This document shows positions 60,792-64,000 of a stretch of DNA of 64,000 nt, piece by piece. The stretch is from Octopus bimaculoides (Eukaryota): NCBI RefSeq assembly GCF_001194135.2, contig NC_068988.1:84593966-84657965 (forward strand). Reading direction: 5' to 3'. The notes beneath the pieces are model-generated. The model saw only the letters and a program-made list of their open reading frames with translations. It was not told the DNA's origin and made no database searches. How positions within the stretch are numbered: the stretch's first letter is position 1; each line of letters starts with the position of its first letter. The position numbers were made by a program, and so were the translations under genes.

Positions 60792-63049
60792 ATACATGTG
60801 CTCCCAGTAATACATTCTGATTTATCTTTCATGAAATATATAATCAGAGAACTCCATGAACAATTAATGCTCAGCTGAAATGTCTAGAGCTCTGCCAGTA
60901 GCCTACATGATTTATGTAAAACAATTCAACAAGTCAGAAATATCACAAGAAAAGCATTTGTGAAAGTTTCCTATATATATGTTGTTTTTTAAAAATCTAT
61001 TTTTGATGCTGATATGAGTTGGATAGGCCCTCATGGCCCCAGTGAGTTCTTATTTGGAGTTACTGCCTTCATAGATGGGTGAGAGGAATACACCTCCGCT
61101 TTGTTACATGTTCCACTACTGACCTGTATATATGCATACATACATGTGTGTGTGTGTAATATATATAATGATAGAAAAAGGACATGAGCATTGATTTAGT
61201 ACACAGAGGACCCATGTGTGCCCACAACAGTAGAAATTTAACCCGATTAATATTTGAACCAAATCCTGAATGGTTTAATTGTTGTGTATTGAGTGCATCC
61301 AATCGTGTGAGTATATACATATATAAATATAAATATATATACATACATACACACATATATATATAGTTACATACTCATTTTACATACACATGCACACACA
61401 GTACCAATCATATGACAATGTGAAAAAGCTGGACATGAGAGGGCTAAATTTAAATGACCTGAAAATTGGAATACAATAAATTTGAAGGACCAAATACTTA
61501 GCACACTGAATTTTGAAATATTTTGTAAATAATGTGGAAAACTGTCATAAAAAGATATTTATTTTGTGGTTTGACATATTTACTTTTATTATGTTACTTC
61601 AGAATAACAAAAGCAAGCAAGATATAGTGAGCATATTTATTTACGAAATAGATATACGTTTATTTCAGGGATATTGTATCAGAGATGTAAGTGAAAACTG
61701 AAATAGTTTATTTATTAATAGAATAATTTCCATTCTATAAATTCTCTCATTATTAGTTTTCATTGTTTCTTTTAATACAAATGTATACAAAACTGAAAGT
61801 CCTGTGTTGGCATTATGAAATGGAAAAGGGAAGGCGAAGGGAGATAAGCAAGTGCATAAGAATCAAAATTCAACTTGTTAATCGTTTGCTTTGTATTGAA
61901 ACAAGAGGGAATATATTTAATAATGAGAGAAATCAAGGAATGTAGTATTTGATATATAAGCTATTTGTTTTCATTTTTGTCTTAAATATCATATCCCTAC
62001 AATATAAATTTATTGTGATAATTTTGTAAGTAAATATGCCCTTGTTATTTTGATATAGCATAAAAAACAAGGAAATGTTATAATTCTGATGTAATCTTAG
62101 TTTTAAAACTGTAAATAAATCATTTTCAGATTATTTTCCCCCTAAAATAATTATACTGACGTAGCATAATAAAATAAATAAATGTTATGTTTCTCAAATT
62201 CCATTTTAAATTTATACTTTCCCCTCTAATGTTCTTATTCTTACATAACATTATAGAAGTAAATATGTTATGATATGTTTCTTGAATAAACTCTCCTTTC
62301 AAAACTTTGAACATATACGTTTTAAAACCCTAAAAGTTTAAAATATTCAAAAAATTGGTGTTGTATTTTGTCTTTCAAGCTTTGAGTATTCTGATTTTTA
62401 AATCCTTCAACCCTAGTTGTATACACACACACACACATCTCGGAAGCTGAAATTTTTGAATCAATACTCCCAGTTTCACATTGCCAAATATTAAAACAAT
62501 TAATAAAGGGAAGTGGTATAATATTTTAGCAAACATCAGAATATGATTAGTCATCAGTATTTGACTGGTTGTCAAAGAACCATTAAAAAATGCATCACAC
62601 ATTCATTTATTCAGTTGTTATTTTCAGAACATATGATATATTTGTCTATTTACATGAAAAAAATATTTTCATTTCTTCAGTATTATATGTAAGGCACAAA
62701 TTCAAGGTAGCAGCTGTTGTTTATGTAGCCTTACTATTGATGCAAACCTGAATTTTTTGTTTTTTACATGTAACTATCTCTCAGGGTATAGTAAATCCAT
62801 TTTGTGAAACATTAACTACTTTTACCAGTTGGTATTTGTAAATTTCTCAATAGATATTGCTGGAAGTGTCTGCAAAAATTCACCAATTCTAACTTTTCAT
62901 TCAAAATTGCAAAAAGGCTTTAATAAGGTATTTATATTTCTTTGAGAGACAAAAGTTACATCTAGAGCCATTAATAGTGCATGGCACGATGCATGTTCTA
63001 TATTGGATCAATTGATTTTACGATTGTTAATATAAGGGATTCTAATCCT

Positions 63050-63285
63050 TTATAGTGTGGTGAACTGACAGAGTTGCCAGACTGTTGGGGAAAATGCCTT
63101 GTGGTATTTCTTCTAGCTTTTTGCATTCTAAGTTCAAAATTGCTGCGGTCAACTTTGCCTTTCATCCTGACTAATTGGGTTGACAAAATAAACAATACCA
63201 TTCAAGTACTGATGTCCATGATATAGATGAGATCTCTTCCCTCTAAATTGCTGGCCTTGTGCCAAAATTAGAAATAATATTATCA
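63050..63285 (+). mobile_element. Family A SINE
   Basis: gtggtgaactgacagag...ctaagttcaaaattgctgcggtcaactttgcctttcatcc...ggccttgtgcc. Confidence 0.7.
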
Positions 63286-64000
63286 TCCTTTATACTCCAA
63301 ATATGTTTGGGTGTTGGAGGTTTTTATGTATATCTGAATGTGTACACATGTTGCAAGAATTTTTTTTTTAAGTAAACCCTACATAGCTTTTTGTTTCACT
63401 CTCATTTGCAAAGAGCTTCTTACTTCAGTTTTTATAGTATATATATGCATATGCATAGATATAAACATGTTTATGTGCAAGTTTTATTATTTATACATTT
63501 TTTTAGTTTTAGATTTAAGTTCTTCACAGTATTCCAACTGATCACTAATAAAATAACAAGATAGTTCCAAGGACTTGTGAATTCGTTAGTGTGTGGGCGT
63601 GTTTGTACTCTTATAATGTTGTACATATCTCCTTAGTACCAAAATATAATTACTCTTTATGTATGTATTCATTTCAGGGAAACCAAATATAGAATTTTTG
63701 GAATGCTTTACAAATCTTCATTGTACCACTAATCAACTGAATTTGTTGTTACATAGTACAGTAATCCTATGATAATAAGTACATATGAGAATCTGTAGCC
63801 TAGATATAAAAACTAAGTTTCATACTAGTTCACCCTAGCCTCCACATCAGTGCACCATTTTTGTTCCCTGCTCCATAGAACAATATTAAATCCATTGTAT
63901 TTGCACCAGATCACTGTTTTTATCAGAATGTTTCACTGGTATTCCTTATTGTTAAAGGCGTGGATAGATTCTTGTGTGCTTCTTGTAGGACTATCAGGAC

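Overview
AT-rich eukaryotic scaffold with five N-gaps, many microsatellites and a repeat repertoire that looks like Octopus (inference from SINE/RTE families; not verified). Most of the window (about 6.4-56.8 kb, + strand) is the 3' half of one receptor-type protein tyrosine phosphatase gene. I reconstructed 16 phase-compatible GT-AG exons by hand: juxtamembrane region, D1 and D2 phosphatase domains, and a stop at 56814. The ectodomain and transmembrane exons were not found and probably lie upstream. The introns hold a complete but decayed 4.0-kb Ty3/Gypsy element nested in an L1/Tx1-like LINE, two CpG-rich TGTAG...CTACA elements, RTE, CR1 and R4-like LINE remnants, mariner/Tc1 remnants, and many SINEs. 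Best lead: the Gypsy element has no tRNA-type primer-binding site. Instead, 14 nt starting 2 nt inside the 5' LTR boundary are perfectly complementary to the LTR itself, which suggests Tf1-like self-primed reverse transcription. Other leads: a duplicated juxtamembrane exon with a stop and AATAAA (possible phosphatase-less decoy isoform), a WSD/AGSGRTG variant D1 active site, a shared NRF1/ETS-like hairpin cassette in two LTR-like elements, a palindromic Tc1/mariner derivative, a PHD finger inside an RTE reverse transcriptase, and inverted telomeric repeats. All alignments and counts were done by eye.
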